From Auanema rhodensis (lineage: Eukaryota; Animalia; Nematoda), in assembly GCA_964057225.1 (NCBI GenBank), contig OZ059900.1:3038001-3102000 (forward strand): a DNA stretch of 64,000 nt, read 5' to 3'. Positions 41,733-57,100 of this stretch are shown piece after piece; positions within the stretch are counted from its first letter, which is position 1; each line of letters opens with the position of its first letter. Under the pieces are notes generated by a model that worked only from the letters and a program-made list of their open reading frames with translations, made no database searches and was not told the DNA's origin. The translations under genes were made by a program, and so were the position numbers.

Positions 41733-42776
41733 TAAGTATGGTCGTTTTTATGCCTTTAACACCATATACTCACCGATTTTTGGTACAAAATCTGTAATAC
41801 TCGTAAATTTTGATCATATTCGGTGAGATTCGAGAATCAAACACACAATGCACGAAATAAGTTTATTTTGACGAGTTTGCACTGATATTTATTCATTTTG
41901 ATCAAAAAAGGTCGAAAATAGAAAGAATTTTTGAATTTTCCGAGTTTTGAGTCCAATTGGGCTAAATCGCTCATATATATGATCAAAAGCATAGTTTTAC
42001 TGTCTATGATAACAAAAGTCTTCAAATATACACTAATGATGTGTAAATCACTGAATTTCACTCAAATAGCTTTACTACACTAAGTATGGTCGTTTTTATG
42101 CCTTTAACACCATATACTCACCGATTTTTGGTACAAAATCTGTAATACTCGTAAATTTTGATCATATTCGGTGAGATTCGAGAATCAAACACACAATGCA
42201 CGAAATAAGTTTATTTTGACGAGTTTGCACTGATATTTATTCATTTTGATCAAAAAAGGTCGAAAATAGAAAGAATTTTTGAATTTTCCGAGTTTTGAGT
42301 CCAATTGGGCTAAATCGCTCATATATATGATCAAAAGCATAGTTTTACTGTCTATGATAACAAAAGTCTTCAAATATACACTAATGATGTGTAAATCACT
42401 GAATTTCACTCAAATAGCTTTACTACACTAAGTATGGTCGTTTTTATGCCTTTAACACCATATACTCACCGATTTTTGGTACAAAATCTGTAATACTCGT
42501 AAATTTTGATCATATTCGGTGAGATTCGAGAATCAAACACACAATGCACGAAATAAGTTTATTTTGACGAGTTTGCACTGATATTTATTCATTTTGATCA
42601 AAAAAGGTCGAAAATAGAAAGAATTTTTGAATTTTCCGAGTTTTGAGTCCAATTGGGCTAAATCGCTCATATATATGATCAAAAGCATAGTTTTACTGTC
42701 TATGATAACAAAAGTCTTCAAATATACACTAATGATGTGTAAATCACTGAATTTCACTCAAATAGCTTTACTACAC
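41733..42776. repeat. Three consecutive, apparently identical 348-bp monomers (single-monomer amplification)
   Basis: Identical ORFs at 41837, 42185 and 42533, and the same alleles at every diagnostic block on reading. Confidence 0.8.
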
Positions 42777-45558
42777 TAAGTATGGTCGTTTTTATGCCTT
42801 TAACACCATATACTCACCGATTTTTGGTACAAAATCTGTAATACTCGTAAATTTTGATCATATTCGTTAAGATTTGAGAATCAAACATACAATACACAAA
42901 ATCAGTCTATTTTTATGAGCTTGCACTGATATATATTCATTTTGATCAAAAAAGGTCAAAAATAGAAAGAATTTTTGAAATTTCCGAGTTTTGAGTCTAA
43001 TTTGGCTAAATCGCTCATATATATGATCAAAAGCATAGTTTTACTGTCTATGATAACAAAAGTCTTCAAATATACACTAATGATGTGTAAATCACTGAAT
43101 TTCACTCAAATAGCTTTACTACACTAAGTATGGTCGTTTTTATGCCTTTAACACCATATACTCACCGATTTTTGGTACAAAATCTGTGATACTCGTAAAT
43201 TTTGATCATATTCGGTGAGATTCGAGAATCAAACACACAATACACGAAATAAGTTTATTTTTACGAGTTTGCACTGATATTTATTCATTTTGATCAAAAA
43301 AGGTCGAAAATAGAAAGAATTTTTGAAATTTCCGAGTTTTGAGTCTAATTTGGCTAAATCCCTCATGTATATGATCAAAAGCATAGTTTTACTGTCTATG
43401 ATAACAAAAGTCTTCAAATATACACTAATAATGTGTAAATCACTGAATTTCACTCAAATAGCATTACTACACTAAGTATGGTCGTTTTTATGCCTTTAAC
43501 ACCATATACTCACCGATTTTTGGTACAAAATCTGTGATACTCGTAAATTTTGATCATATTCGGTGAGATTCCAGAATCAAACACACAATACACGAAATAA
43601 GTTTATTTTTACGAGTTTGCACTGATATTTATTCATTTTGATCAAAAAAGGTCGAAAATAGAAAGAATTTTTGAAATTTCCGAGTTTTGAGTCTAATTTG
43701 GCTAAATCGCTCATATACATGATCAGAAGCATAGTTTTATTGTGTATGACAACAAAAGTCATCAATTAAACGCTAGTGATGTTTAAATACTGATTTTCGC
43801 TCAAATAGCATTACTACACTAAGTATGGTCGTTTTTATGCCTTTAACACCATATACTCACCGATTTTTGGTACAAAATCTGTGATACTCGTAAATTTTGA
43901 TCATATTCGGTGAGATCCGAGAATCAAACACACAATACACGAAATAAGTTTATTTTTACGAGTTTGCACTGATATTTATTCATTTTGATCAAAAAAGGTC
44001 GAAAATAGAAAGAATTTTTGAAATTTCCGAGTTTTGAGTCTAATTTGGCTAAATCGCTCATATATATGATCAAAAGCATAGTTTTACTGTCTATGATAAC
44101 AAAAGTCTTCAAATATACACTAATAATGTGTAAATCACTGAATTTCACTCAAATAGCATTACTACACTAAGTATGGTCGTTTTTATGCCTTTAACACCAT
44201 ATACTCACCGATTTTTGGTACAAAATCTGTGATACTCGTAAATTTTGATCATATTCGGTGAGATTCGAGAATCAAACACACAATACACGAAATAAGTTTA
44301 TTTTTACGAGTTTGCACTGATATTTATTCATTTTGATCAAAAAAGGTCGAAAATAGAAAGAATTTTTGAAATTTCCGAGTTTTGAGTCTAATTTGGCTAA
44401 ATCGCTCATATATATGATCAAAAGCATAGTTTTATTGTCTATGACAACAAAAGTCATCAATTAAACGCTAGTGATGTTTAAATACTGATTTTCGCTCAAA
44501 TAGCATTACTACACTAAGTATGGTCGTTTTTATGCCTTTAACACCATATACTCACCGATTTTTGGTACAAAATCTGTGATACTCGTAAATTTTGATCATA
44601 TTCGGTGAGATTCGAGAATCAAACACACAATGCACGAAATAAGTTTATTTTGACGAGTTTGCACTGATATTTATTCATTTTGATCAAAAAAGGTCGAAAA
44701 TAGAAAGAATTTTTGAATTTTCCGAGTTTTGAGTCCAATTGGGCTAAATCGCTCATATATATGATCAAAAGCATAGTTTTACTGTCTATGATAACAAAAG
44801 TCTTCAAATATACACTAATGATGTGTAAATCACTGAATTTCACTCAAATAGCTTTACTACACTAAGTATGGTCGTTTTTATGCCTTTAACACCATATACT
44901 CACCGATTTTTGGTACAAAATCTGTAATACTCGTGAATTTTGATCATATTCGTTAAGATTTGAGAATCAAACATACAATACACAAAATCAGTCTATTTTT
45001 ATGAGCTTGCACTGATATATATTCATTTTGACCAAAAAAGGTCGAAAATAGAAAGAATTTTTGAAATTTCCGAGTTTTGAGTCTAATTTGGCTAAATCGC
45101 TCATATATATGATCAAAAGCATAGTTTTACTGTCTATGATAACAAAAGTCTTCAAATATACACTAATAATGTGTAAATCACTGAATTTCACTCAAATAGC
45201 TTTACTACACTAAGTATGGTCGTTTTTATGCCTTTAACACCATATACTCACCGATTTTTGGTACAAAATCTGTGATACTCGTAAATTTTGATCATATTCG
45301 GTGAGATTCGAGAATCAAACACACAATACACGAAATAAGTTTATTTTTACGAGTTTGCACTGATATTTATTCATTTTGATCAAAAAAGGTCGAAAATAGA
45401 AAGAATTTTTGAAATTTCCGAGTTTTGAGTCTAATTTGGCTAAATCGCTCATATATATGATCAAAAGCATAGTTTTACTGTCTATGATAACAAAAGTCTT
45501 CAAATATACACTAATAATGTGTAAATCACTGAATTTCACTCAAATAGCATTACTACAC

Positions 45559-47642
45559 TAAGTATGGTCGTTTTTATGCCTTTAACACCATATACTCACC
45601 GATTTTTGGTACAAAATCTGTAATACTCGTAAATTTTGATCATATTCGTTAAGATTTGAGAATCAAACATACAATACACAAAATCAGTCTATTTTTATGA
45701 GCTTGCACTGATATATATTTATTTTGATCAAAAAAGGTCGAAAATAGAAAGAATTTTTGAAATTTCCGAGTTTTGAGTCTAATTTGGCTAAATCGCTCAT
45801 ATACATGATCAGAAGCATAGTTTTATTGTCTATGACAACAAAAGTCATCAATTAAACGCTAGTGATGTTTAAATACTGATTTTCGCTCAAATAGCATTAC
45901 TACACTAAGTATGGTCGTTTTTATGCCTTTAACACCATATACTCACCGATTTTTGGTACAAAATCTGTGATACTCGTAAATTTTGATCATATTCGGTGAG
46001 ATTCGAGAATCAAACACACAATACACGAAATAAGTTTATTTTTACGAGTTTGCACTGATATTTATTCATTTTGATCAAAAAAGGTCGAAAATAGAAAGAA
46101 TTTTTGAAATTTCCGAGTTTTGAGTCTAATTTGGCTAAATCGCTCATATATATGATCAAAAGCATAGTTTTACTGTCTATGATAACAAAAGTCTTCAAAT
46201 ATACACTAATAATGTGTAAATCACTGAATTTCACTCAAATAGCATTACTACACTAAGTATGGTCGTTTTTATGCCTTTAACACCATATACTCACCGATTT
46301 TTGGTACAAAATCTGTGATACTCGTAAATTTTGATCATATTCGGTGAGATTCGAGAATCAAACACACAATACACGAAATAAGTTTATTTTTACGAGTTTG
46401 CACTGATATTTATTCATTTTGATCAAAAAAGGTCGAAAATAGAAAGAATTTTTGAAATTTCCGAGTTTTGAGTCTAATTTGGCTAAATCGCTCATATATA
46501 TGATCAAAAGCATAGTTTTATTGTCTATGACAACAAAAGTCATCAATTAAACGCTAGTGATGTTTAAATACTGATTTTCGCTCAAATAGCATTACTACAC
46601 TAAGTATGGTCGTTTTTATGCCTTTAACACCATATACTCACCGATTTTTGGTACAAAATCTGTAATACTCGTAAATTTTGATCATATTCGTTAAGATTTG
46701 AGAATCAAACATACAATACACAAAATCAGTCTATTTTTATGAGCTTGCACTGATATATATTTATTTTGATCAAAAAAGGTCGAAAATAGAAAGAATTTTT
46801 GAAATTTCCGAGTTTTGAGTCTAATTTGGCTAAATCGCTCATATACATGATCAGAAGCATAGTTTTATTGTCTATGACAACAAAAGTCATCAATTAAACG
46901 CTAGTGATGTTTAAATACTGATTTTCGCTCAAATAGCATTACTACACTAAGTATGGTCGTTTTTATGCCTTTAACACCATATACTCACCGATTTTTGGTA
47001 CAAAATCTGTGATACTCGTAAATTTTGATCATATTCGGTGAGATTCGAGAATCAAACACACAATACACGAAATAAGTTTATTTTTACAAGTTTGCACTGA
47101 TATTTATTCATTTTGATCAAAAAAGGTCGAAAATAGAAAGAATTTTTGAAATTTCCGAGTTTTGAGTCTAATTTGGCTAAATCGCTCATATATATGATCA
47201 AAAGCATAGTTTTACTGTCTATGATAACAAAAGTCTTCAAATATACACTAATAATGTGTAAATCACTGAATTTCACTCAAATAGCATTACTACACTAAGT
47301 ATGGTCGTTTTTATGCCTTTAACACCATATACTCACCGATTTTTGGTACAAAATCTGTGATACTCGTAAATTTTGATCATATTCGGTGAGATTCGAGAAT
47401 CAAACACACAATACACGAAATAAGTTTATTTTTACGAGTTTGCACTGATATTTATTCATTTTGATCAAAAAAGGTCGAAAATAGAAAGAATTTTTGAAAT
47501 TTCCGAGTTTTGAGTCTAATTTGGCTAAATCGCTCATATATATGATCAAAAGCATAGTTTTATTGTCTATGACAACAAAAGTCATCAATTAAACGCTAGT
47601 GATGTTTAAATACTGATTTTCGCTCAAATAGCATTACTACAC
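45559..47642. repeat. Local higher-order repeat: 3-monomer unit (1042 bp) x2
   Basis: The ATATATTTATTTTG variant occurs at ~45720 and ~46762. ORF pairs 46010/47052 and 46358/47400. Confidence 0.85.
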
Positions 47643-49033
47643 TAAGTATGGTCGTTTTTATGCCTTTAACACCATATACTCACCGATTTTTGGTACAAAA
47701 TCTGTGATACTCGTAAATTTTGATCATATTCGGTGAGATTCGAGAATCAAACACACAATGCACGAAATAAGTTTATTTTGACGAGTTTGCACTGATATTT
47801 ATTCATTTTGATCAAAAAAGGTCGAAAATAGAAAGAATTTTTGAATTTTCCGAGTTTTGAGTCCAATTGGGCTAAATCGCTCATATATATGATCAAAAGC
47901 ATAGTTTTACTGTCTATGATAACAAAAGTCTTCAAATCTACACTAATAATGTGTAAATCACTGAATTTCACTCAAATAGCATTACTACACTAAGTATGGT
48001 CGTTTTTATGCCTTTAACACCATATACTCACCGATTTTTGGTATAAAATCTGTGATACTCGTAAATTTTGATCATATTCGGTGAGATTCGAGAATCAAAC
48101 ACACAATACACGAAATAAGTTTGTTTTTACGAGTTTGCACTGATATTTATTCATTTTGATCAAAAAAGGTCGAAAATAGAAAGAATTTTTGAAATTTCCG
48201 AGTTTTGAGTCTAATTTGGCTAAATCGCTCATATATATGATCAAAAGCATAGTTTTATTGTCTATGACAACAAAAGTCATCAATTAAACGCTAGTGATGT
48301 TTAAATACTGATTTTCGCTCAAATAGCATTACTACACTAAGTATGGTCGTTTTTATGCCTTTAACACCATATACTCACCGATTTTTGGTACAAAATCTGT
48401 GATACTCGTAAATTTTGATCATATTCGGTGAGATTCGAGAATCAAACACACAATGCACGAAATAAGTTTATTTTGACGAGTTTGCACTGATATTTATTCA
48501 TTTTGATCAAAAAAGGTCGAAAATAGAAAGAATTTTTGAATTTTCCGAGTTTTGAGTCCAATTGGGCTAAATCGCTCATATATATGATCAAAAGCATAGT
48601 TTTACTGTCTATGATAACAAAAGTCTTCAAATATACACTAATAATGTGTAAATCACTGAATTTCACTCAAATAGCTTTACTACACTAAGTATGGTCGTTT
48701 TTATGCCTTTAACACCATATACTCACCGATTTTTGGTACAAAATCTGTGATACTCGTAAATTTTGATCATATTCGGTGAGATTCGAGAATCAAACACACA
48801 ATACACGAAATAAGTTTATTTTTACGAGTTTGCACTGATATTTATTCATTTTGATCAAAAAAGGTCGAAAATAGAAAGAATTTTTGAAATTTCCGAGTTT
48901 TGAGTCTAATTTGGCTAAATCGCTCATATATATGATCAAAAGCATAGTTTTACTGTCTATGATAACAAAAGTCTTCAAATATACACTAATAATGTGTAAA
49001 TCACTGAATTTCACTCAAATAGCTTTACTACAC

Positions 49034-51119
49034 TAAGTATGGTCGTTTTTATGCCTTTAACACCATATACTCACCGATTTTTGGTACAAAATCTGTGATA
49101 CTCGTAAATTTTGATCATATTCGGTGAGATTCGAGAATCAAACACACAATACACAAAATAAGTTTATTTTTACGAGTTTGCACTGATATTTATTTATTTT
49201 GATCAAAAAAGGTCGAAAATAGAAAGAATTTTTGAAATTTCCGAGTTTTGAGTCTAATTTGGCTAAATCGCTCATATATATAATCAAAAGCATAGTTTTA
49301 TTGTCTATGACAACAAAAGTCATCAATTAAACGCTAGTGATGTTTAAATACTGATTTTCGCTCAAATAGCATTACTACACTAAGTATGATCGTTTTTATG
49401 CCTTTAACACCATATACTCACCGATTTTTGGTACAAAATCTGTGATACTCGTAAATTTTGATCATATTCGGTGAGATTCGAGAATCAAACACACAATGCA
49501 CGAAATAAGTTTATTTTGACGAGTTTGCACTGATATTTATTCATTTTGATCAAAAAAGGTCGAAAATAGAAAGAATTTTTTAATTTTCCGAGTTTTGAGT
49601 CCAATTGGGCTAAATCGCTCATATATATGATCAAAAGCATAGTTTTACTGTCTATTATAACAAAAGTCTTCAAATATACACTAATGATGTGTAAATCACT
49701 GAATTTCACTCAAATAGCTTTACTACACTAAGTATGGTCGTTTTTATGCCTTTAACACCATATACTCACCGATTTTTGGTACAAAATCTGTAATACTCGT
49801 AAATTTTGATCATATTCGTTAAGATTTGAGAATCAAACATACAATACACAAAATCAGTCTATTTTTATGAGCTTGCACTGATATATATTCATTTTGATCA
49901 AAAAAGGTCGAAAATAGAGAGAATTTTTGAAATTTCCGAGTTTTGAGTCTAATTTGGCTAAATCGCTCATATATATGATCAAAAGCATAGTTTTACTGTC
50001 TATGATAACAAAAGTCTTCAAATATACACTAATAATGTGTAAATCACTGAATTTCACTCAAATAGCTTTACTACACTAAGTATGGTCGTTTTTATGCCTT
50101 TAACACCATATACTCACCGATTTTTGGTACAAAATCTGTGATACTCGTAAATTTTGATCATATTCGGTGAGATTCGAGAATCAAACACACAATACACAAA
50201 ATAAGTTTATTTTTACGAGTTTGCACTGATATTTATTTATTTTGATCAAAAAAGGTCGAAAATAGAAAGAATTTTTGAAATTTCCGAGTTTTGAGTCTAA
50301 TTTGGCTAAATCGCTCATATATAATATCAAAAGCATAGTTTTATTGTCTATGACAACAAAAGTCATCAATTAAACGCTAGTGATGTTTAAATACTGATTT
50401 TCGCTCAAATAGGATTACTACACTAAGTATGATCGTTTTTATGCCTTTAACACCATATACTCACCGATTTTTGGTACAAAATCTGTGATACTCGTAAATT
50501 TTGATCATATTCGGTGAGATTCGAGAATCAAACACACAATGCACGAAATAAGTTTATTTTGACGAGTTTGCACTGATATTTATTCATTTTGATCAAAAAA
50601 GGTCGAAAATAGAAAGAATTTTTTAATTTTCCGAGTTTTGAGTCCAATTGGGCTAAATCGCTCATATATATGATCAAAAGCATAGTTTTACTGTCTATTA
50701 TAACAAAAGTCTTCAAATATACACTAATGATGTGTAAATCACTGAATTTCACTCAAATAGCTTTACTACACTAAGTATGGTCGTTTTTATGCCTTTAACA
50801 CCATATACTCACCGATTTTTGGTACAAAATCTGTAATACTCGTAAATTTTGATCATATTCGTTAAGATTTGAGAATCAAACATACAATACACAAAATCAG
50901 TCTATTTTTATGAGCTTGCACTGATATATATTCATTTTGATCAAAAAAGGTCGAAAATAGAAAGAATTTTTGAAATTTCCGAGTTTTGAGTCTAATTTGG
51001 CTAAATCGCTCATATATATGATCAAAAGCATAGTTTTACTGTCTATGATAACAAAAGTCTTCAAATATACACTAATAATGTGTAAATCACTGAATTTCAC
51101 TCAAATAGCTTTACTACAC
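49034..51119. repeat. Local higher-order repeat: 3-monomer unit (1043 bp) x2, slightly diverged
   Basis: ORF variants KINK/FCV at 49138/50181 and KLK at 49485/50528. TATGATCG and CTATTATA markers are shared at +1043. Confidence 0.85.
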
Positions 51120-54100
51120 TAAGTATGGTCGTTTTTATGCCTTTAACACCATATACTCAACGATTTTTGGTACAAAATCTGTAATACTCGTAAATTTTGA
51201 TCATATTCGTTAAGATTTGAGAATCAAACATACAATACAAAAAATCAGTCTATTTTTATGAGCTTGCACTGATATATATTCATTTTGATCAAAAAAGGTC
51301 GAAAATAGAAAGAATTTTTGAAATTTCCGAGTTTTGAGTCTAATTTGGCTAAATCGCTCATATACATGATCAGAAGCATAGTTTTATTGTCTATGACAAC
51401 AAAAGTTATCAATTAAACGCTAGTGATGTTTAAATACTGATTTTCGCTCAAATAGCATTACTACACTAAGTATGGTCGTTTTTATGCCTTTAACACCATA
51501 TACTCACCGATTTTTGGTACAAAATCTGTGATACTCGTAAATTTTGATCATATTCGGTGAGATTCGAGAATCAAACACACAATACACGGAATAAGTTTAT
51601 TTTTACGAGTTTGCACTGATATTTATTCATTTTGATCAAAAAAGGTCGAAAATAGAAAGAATTTTTGAAATTTCCGAGTTTTGAGTCTAATTTGGCTAAA
51701 TCGCTCATATATATGATCAAAAGCATAGTTTTACTGTCTATGATAACAAAAGTCTTCAAATATACACTAATAATGTGTAAATCACTGAATTTCACTCAAA
51801 TAGCATTACTACACTAAGTATGGTCGTTTTTATGCCTTTAACACCATATACTCACCGATTTTTGGTACAAAATCTGTGATACTCGTAAATTTTGATCATA
51901 TTCGGTGAGATTCGAGAATCAAACACACAATACACGAAATAAGTTTATTTTTACGAGTTTGCACTGATATTTATTCATTTTGATCAAAAAAGGTCGAAAA
52001 TAGAAAGAATTTTTGAAATTTCCGAGTTTTGAGTCTAATTTGGCTAAATCGCTCATATATATGATCAAAAGCATAGTTTTATTGTCTATGACAACAAAAG
52101 TCATCAATTAAACGCTAGTGATGTTTAAATACTGAATTTCGCTCAAATAGCATTACTACACTAAGTATGGTCGTTTTTATGCCTTTAACACCATATACTC
52201 ACCGATTTTTGGTACAAAATCTGTAATACTCGTAAATTTTGATCATATTCGTTAAGATTTGAGAATCAAACATACAATACACAAAATCAGTCAATTTTTA
52301 TGAGCTTGCACTGATATATATTCATTTTGATCAAAAAAGGTCGAAAATAGAAAGAATTTTTGAAATTTACGAGTTTTGAGTCTAATTTGGCTAAATCGCT
52401 CATATATATGATCAGAAGCATAGTTTTATTGTCTATGACAACGAAAGTCATTAATTAAACACTAATGATGTTTAAATCACTGAATTTCGCTCAAATAGCA
52501 TTACTACACTAAGTATGGTCGTTTTTATGCCTTTAACACCATATACTCACCGATTTTTGGTACAAAATCTGTAATACTCGTAAATTTTGATCATATTCGG
52601 TGAGATTCGAGAATCAAACACACAATACACGAAATAAGTTTATTTCGACGAGTTTGCACTGATATTTATTCATTTTGATCAAAAAAGGTCGAAAATAGAA
52701 AGAATTTTTGAATTTTCCGAGTTTTGAGTCCAATTGGGCTAAATCGCTCATATATATGATCAAAAGCATAGTTTTACTGTCTATGATAACAAAAGTCTTC
52801 AAATATACACTAATGATGTGTAAATCACTGAATTTCACTCAAATAGCTTTACTACACTAAGTATGGTCGTTTTTATGCCTTTAACACCATATACTCACTG
52901 ATTTTTGGTACAAAATCTGTGATACTCGTAAATTTTGATCATATTCGGTGAGATTCGAGAATCAAACATACAATACACAAAATCAGTCTATTTTTATGAG
53001 CTTGCACTGATATATATTCATTTTGATCAAAAAAGGTCGAAAATAGAAAGAATTTTTGAAATTTACGAGTTTTGAGTCTAATTTGGCTAAATCGCTCATA
53101 TATATGATCAGAAGCATAGTTTTTTTGTCTATGACAACAAAAGTCATTAGTTAAACACTAATGATGTTTAAATCACTAAATTTCGCTCAAATAGCATTAC
53201 TACACTAAGTATGGTCGTTTTTATGCCTTTAACACCATATACTCACCGATTTTTGGTACAAAATCTGTAATACTCGTAAATTTTGATCATATTCGTTAAG
53301 ATTTGAGAATCAAACATACAATACACAAAATCAGTCTATTTTTATGAGCTCGCACTGATATATATTCATTTTGATCAAAAAAGGTCGAAAATAGAAAGAA
53401 TTTTTGAATTTTCCGAGTTTTGAGTCCAATTGGGCTAAATCGCTCATATATATGATCAAAAGCATAGTTTTACTGTCTATGATAACAAAAGTCTTCAAAT
53501 ATACACTAATGATGTGTAAATACTGATTTTCGCTCAAATAGCATTACTACACTAAGTATGATCGTTTTTATGCCTTTAACACCGTATACTCACCGATTTT
53601 TGGTACAAAATCTGTGATACTCGTAAATTTTGATCATATTCGGTGAGATTTGAGACTCAAACACACAATGCACGAAATAAGTTTATTTTGACGAGTTTGC
53701 ACTGATATTTATTCATTTTGATCAAAAAAGGTCGAAAATAGAAAGAATTTTTTAATTTTCCGAGTTTTGAGTCCAATTGGGCTAAATCGCTCATATATAT
53801 GATCAAAAGCATAGTTTTACTGTCTATTATAACAAAAGTCTTCAAATATACACTAATGATGTGTAAATCACTGAATTTCACTCAAATAGCTTTACTACAC
53901 TAAGTATGGTCGTTTTTATGCCTTTAACACCATATACTCACCGATTTTTGGTACAAAATCTGTGATACTCGTAACTTTTGATCATATTCGGTGAGATTTG
54001 AGAATCAAACACACAATGCACGAAATAAGTTTATTTTGACGAGTTTGCACTGATATTTATTCATTTTGATCAAAAAAGGTCGAAAATAGAAAGAATTTTT

Positions 54101-57100
54101 GAAATTTCCGAGTTTTGAGTCTAATTTGGCTAAATCGCTCATATACATGATCAGAAGCATAGTTTTATTGTCTATGACAACAAAAGTTATCAATTAAACG
54201 CTAGTGATGTTTAAATACTGATTTTCGCTCAAATAGCATTACTACACTAAGTATGGTCGTTTTTATGCCTTTAACACCATATACTCACCGATTTTTGGTA
54301 CAAAATCTGTGATACTCGTAAATTTTGATCATATTCGGTGAGATTCGAGAATCAAACACACAATACACGGAATAAGTTTATTTTTACGAGTTTGCACTGA
54401 TATTTATTCATTTTGATCAAAAAAGGTCGAAAATAGAAAGAATTTTTGAAATTTCCGAGTTTTGAGTCTAATTTGGCTAAATCGCTCATATATATGATCA
54501 AAAGCATAGTTTTACTGTCTATGATAACAAAAGTCTTCAAATATACACTAATAATGTGTAAATCACTGAATTTCACTCAAATAGCATTACTACACTAAGT
54601 ATGGTCGTTTTTATGCCTTTAACACCATATACTCACCGATTTTTGGTACAAAATCTGTGATACTCGTAAATTTTGATCATATTCGGTGAGATTCGAGAAT
54701 CAAACATACAATACACAAAATCAGTCTATTTTTATGAGCTTGCACTGATATATATTCATTTTGATCAAAAAAGGTCGAAAATAGAAAGAATTTTTGAAAT
54801 TTACGAGTTTTGAGTCTAATTTGGCTAAATCGTTCATATATATGATCAGAAGCATAGTTTTATTGTCTATGACAACGAAAGTCATTAATTAAACACTAAT
54901 GATGTTTAAATCACTAAATTTCGCTCAAATAGCATTACTACACTAAGTATGGTCGTTTTTATGCCTTTAACACCATATACTCACCGATTTTTGGTACAAA
55001 ATCTGTAATACTCGTAAATTTTGATCATATTCGGTGAGATTCGAGAATCAAACACACAATACACGAAATAAGTTTATTTTGGCGAGTTTGCACTGATATT
55101 TATTCAATTTGATCAAAAAAGGTCGAAAATAGAAAGAATTTTTGAATTTTCCGAGTTTTGAGTCCAATTGGGCTAAATCGCTCATATATATGATCAAAAG
55201 CATAGTTTTACTGTCTATGATAACAAAAGTCTTCAAATATACACTAATGATGTGTAAATCACTGAATTTCACTCAAATAGCATTACTACACTAAGTATGG
55301 TCGTTTTTATGCCTTTAACACCATATACTCACCGATTTTTGGTACAAAATCTGTGATACTCGTAAATTTTGATCATATTCGGTGAGATTCGAGAATCAAA
55401 CACACAATACACGAAATAAGTTTATTTTTACGAGTTTGCACTGATATTTATTCATTTTGATCAAAAAAGGTCGAAAATAGAAAGAATTTTTGAAATTTCC
55501 GAGTTTTGAGTCTAATTTGGCTAAATCGCTCATATATATGATCAAAAGCATAGTTTTATTGTCTATGACAACAAAAGTCATCAATTAAACGCTAGTGATG
55601 TTTAAATACTGAATTTCGCTCAAATAGCATTACTACACTAAGTATGGTCGTTTTTATGCCTTTAACACCATATACTCACCGATTTTTGGTACAAAATCTG
55701 TAATACTCGTAAATTTTGATCATATTCGTTAAGATTTGAGAATCAAACATACAATACACAAAATCAGTCCATTTTTATGAGCTTGCACTGATATATATTC
55801 ATTTTGATCAAAAAAGGTCGAAAATAGAAAGAATTTTTGAAATTTACGAGTTTTGAGTCTAATTTGGCTAAATCGCTCATATATATGATCAGAAGCATAG
55901 TTTTATTGTCTATGACAACGAAAGTCATTAATTAAACACTAATGATGTTTAAATCACTAAATTTCGCTCAAATAGCATTACTACACTAAGTATGGTCGTT
56001 TTTATGCCTTTAACACCATATACTCACCGATTTTTGGTACAAAATCTGTAATACTCGTAAATTTTGATCATATTCGGTGAGATTCGAGAATCAAACACAC
56101 AATACACGAAATAAGTTTATTTTGACGAGTTTGCACTGATATTTATTCATTTTGATCAAAAAAGGTCGAAAATAGAAAGAATTTTTGAATTTTCCGAGTT
56201 TTGAGTCCAATTGGGCTAAATCGCTCATATATATGATCAAAAGCATAGTGTTACTGTCTATGATAACAAAAGTTTTCAAATATACACTAATGATGTGTAA
56301 ATCACTGAATTTCACTCAAATAGCTTTACTACACTAAGTATGGTCGTTTTTATGCCTTTAACACCATATACTCACCGATTTTTGGTACAAAATCTGTGAT
56401 ACTCGTAAATTTTGATCATATTCGGTGAGATTCGAGAATCAAACATACAATACACAAAATCAGTCTATTTTTATGAGCTTGCACTGATATATATTCATTT
56501 TGATCAAAAAAGGTCGAAAATAGAAAGAATTTTTGAAATTTACGAGTTTTGAGTCTAATTTGGCTAAATCGCTCATATATATGATCAGAAGCATAGTTTT
56601 ATTGTCTATGACAACGAAAGTCATTAATTAAACACTAATGATGTTTAAATCACTAAATTTCGCTCAAATAGCATTACTACACTAAGTATGGTCGTTTTTA
56701 TGCCTTTAACACCATATACTCACCGATTTTTGGTACAAAATCTGTAATACTCGTAAATTTTGATCATATTCGGTGAGATTCGAGAATCAAACACACAATA
56801 CACGAAATAAGTTTATTTTGACGAGTTTGCACTGATATTTATTCATTTTGATCAAAAAAGGTCGAAAATAGAAAGAATTTTTGAATTTTCCGAGTTTTGA
56901 GTCCAATTGGGCTAAATCGCTCATATATATGATCAAAAGCATAGTTTTACTGTCTATGATAACAAAAGTCTTCAAATATACACTAATGATGTGTAAATCA
57001 CTGAATTTCACTCAAATAGCTTTACTACACTAAGTATGGTCGTTTTTATGCCTTTAACACCATATACTCACCGATTTTTGGTACAAAATCTGTGATACTC

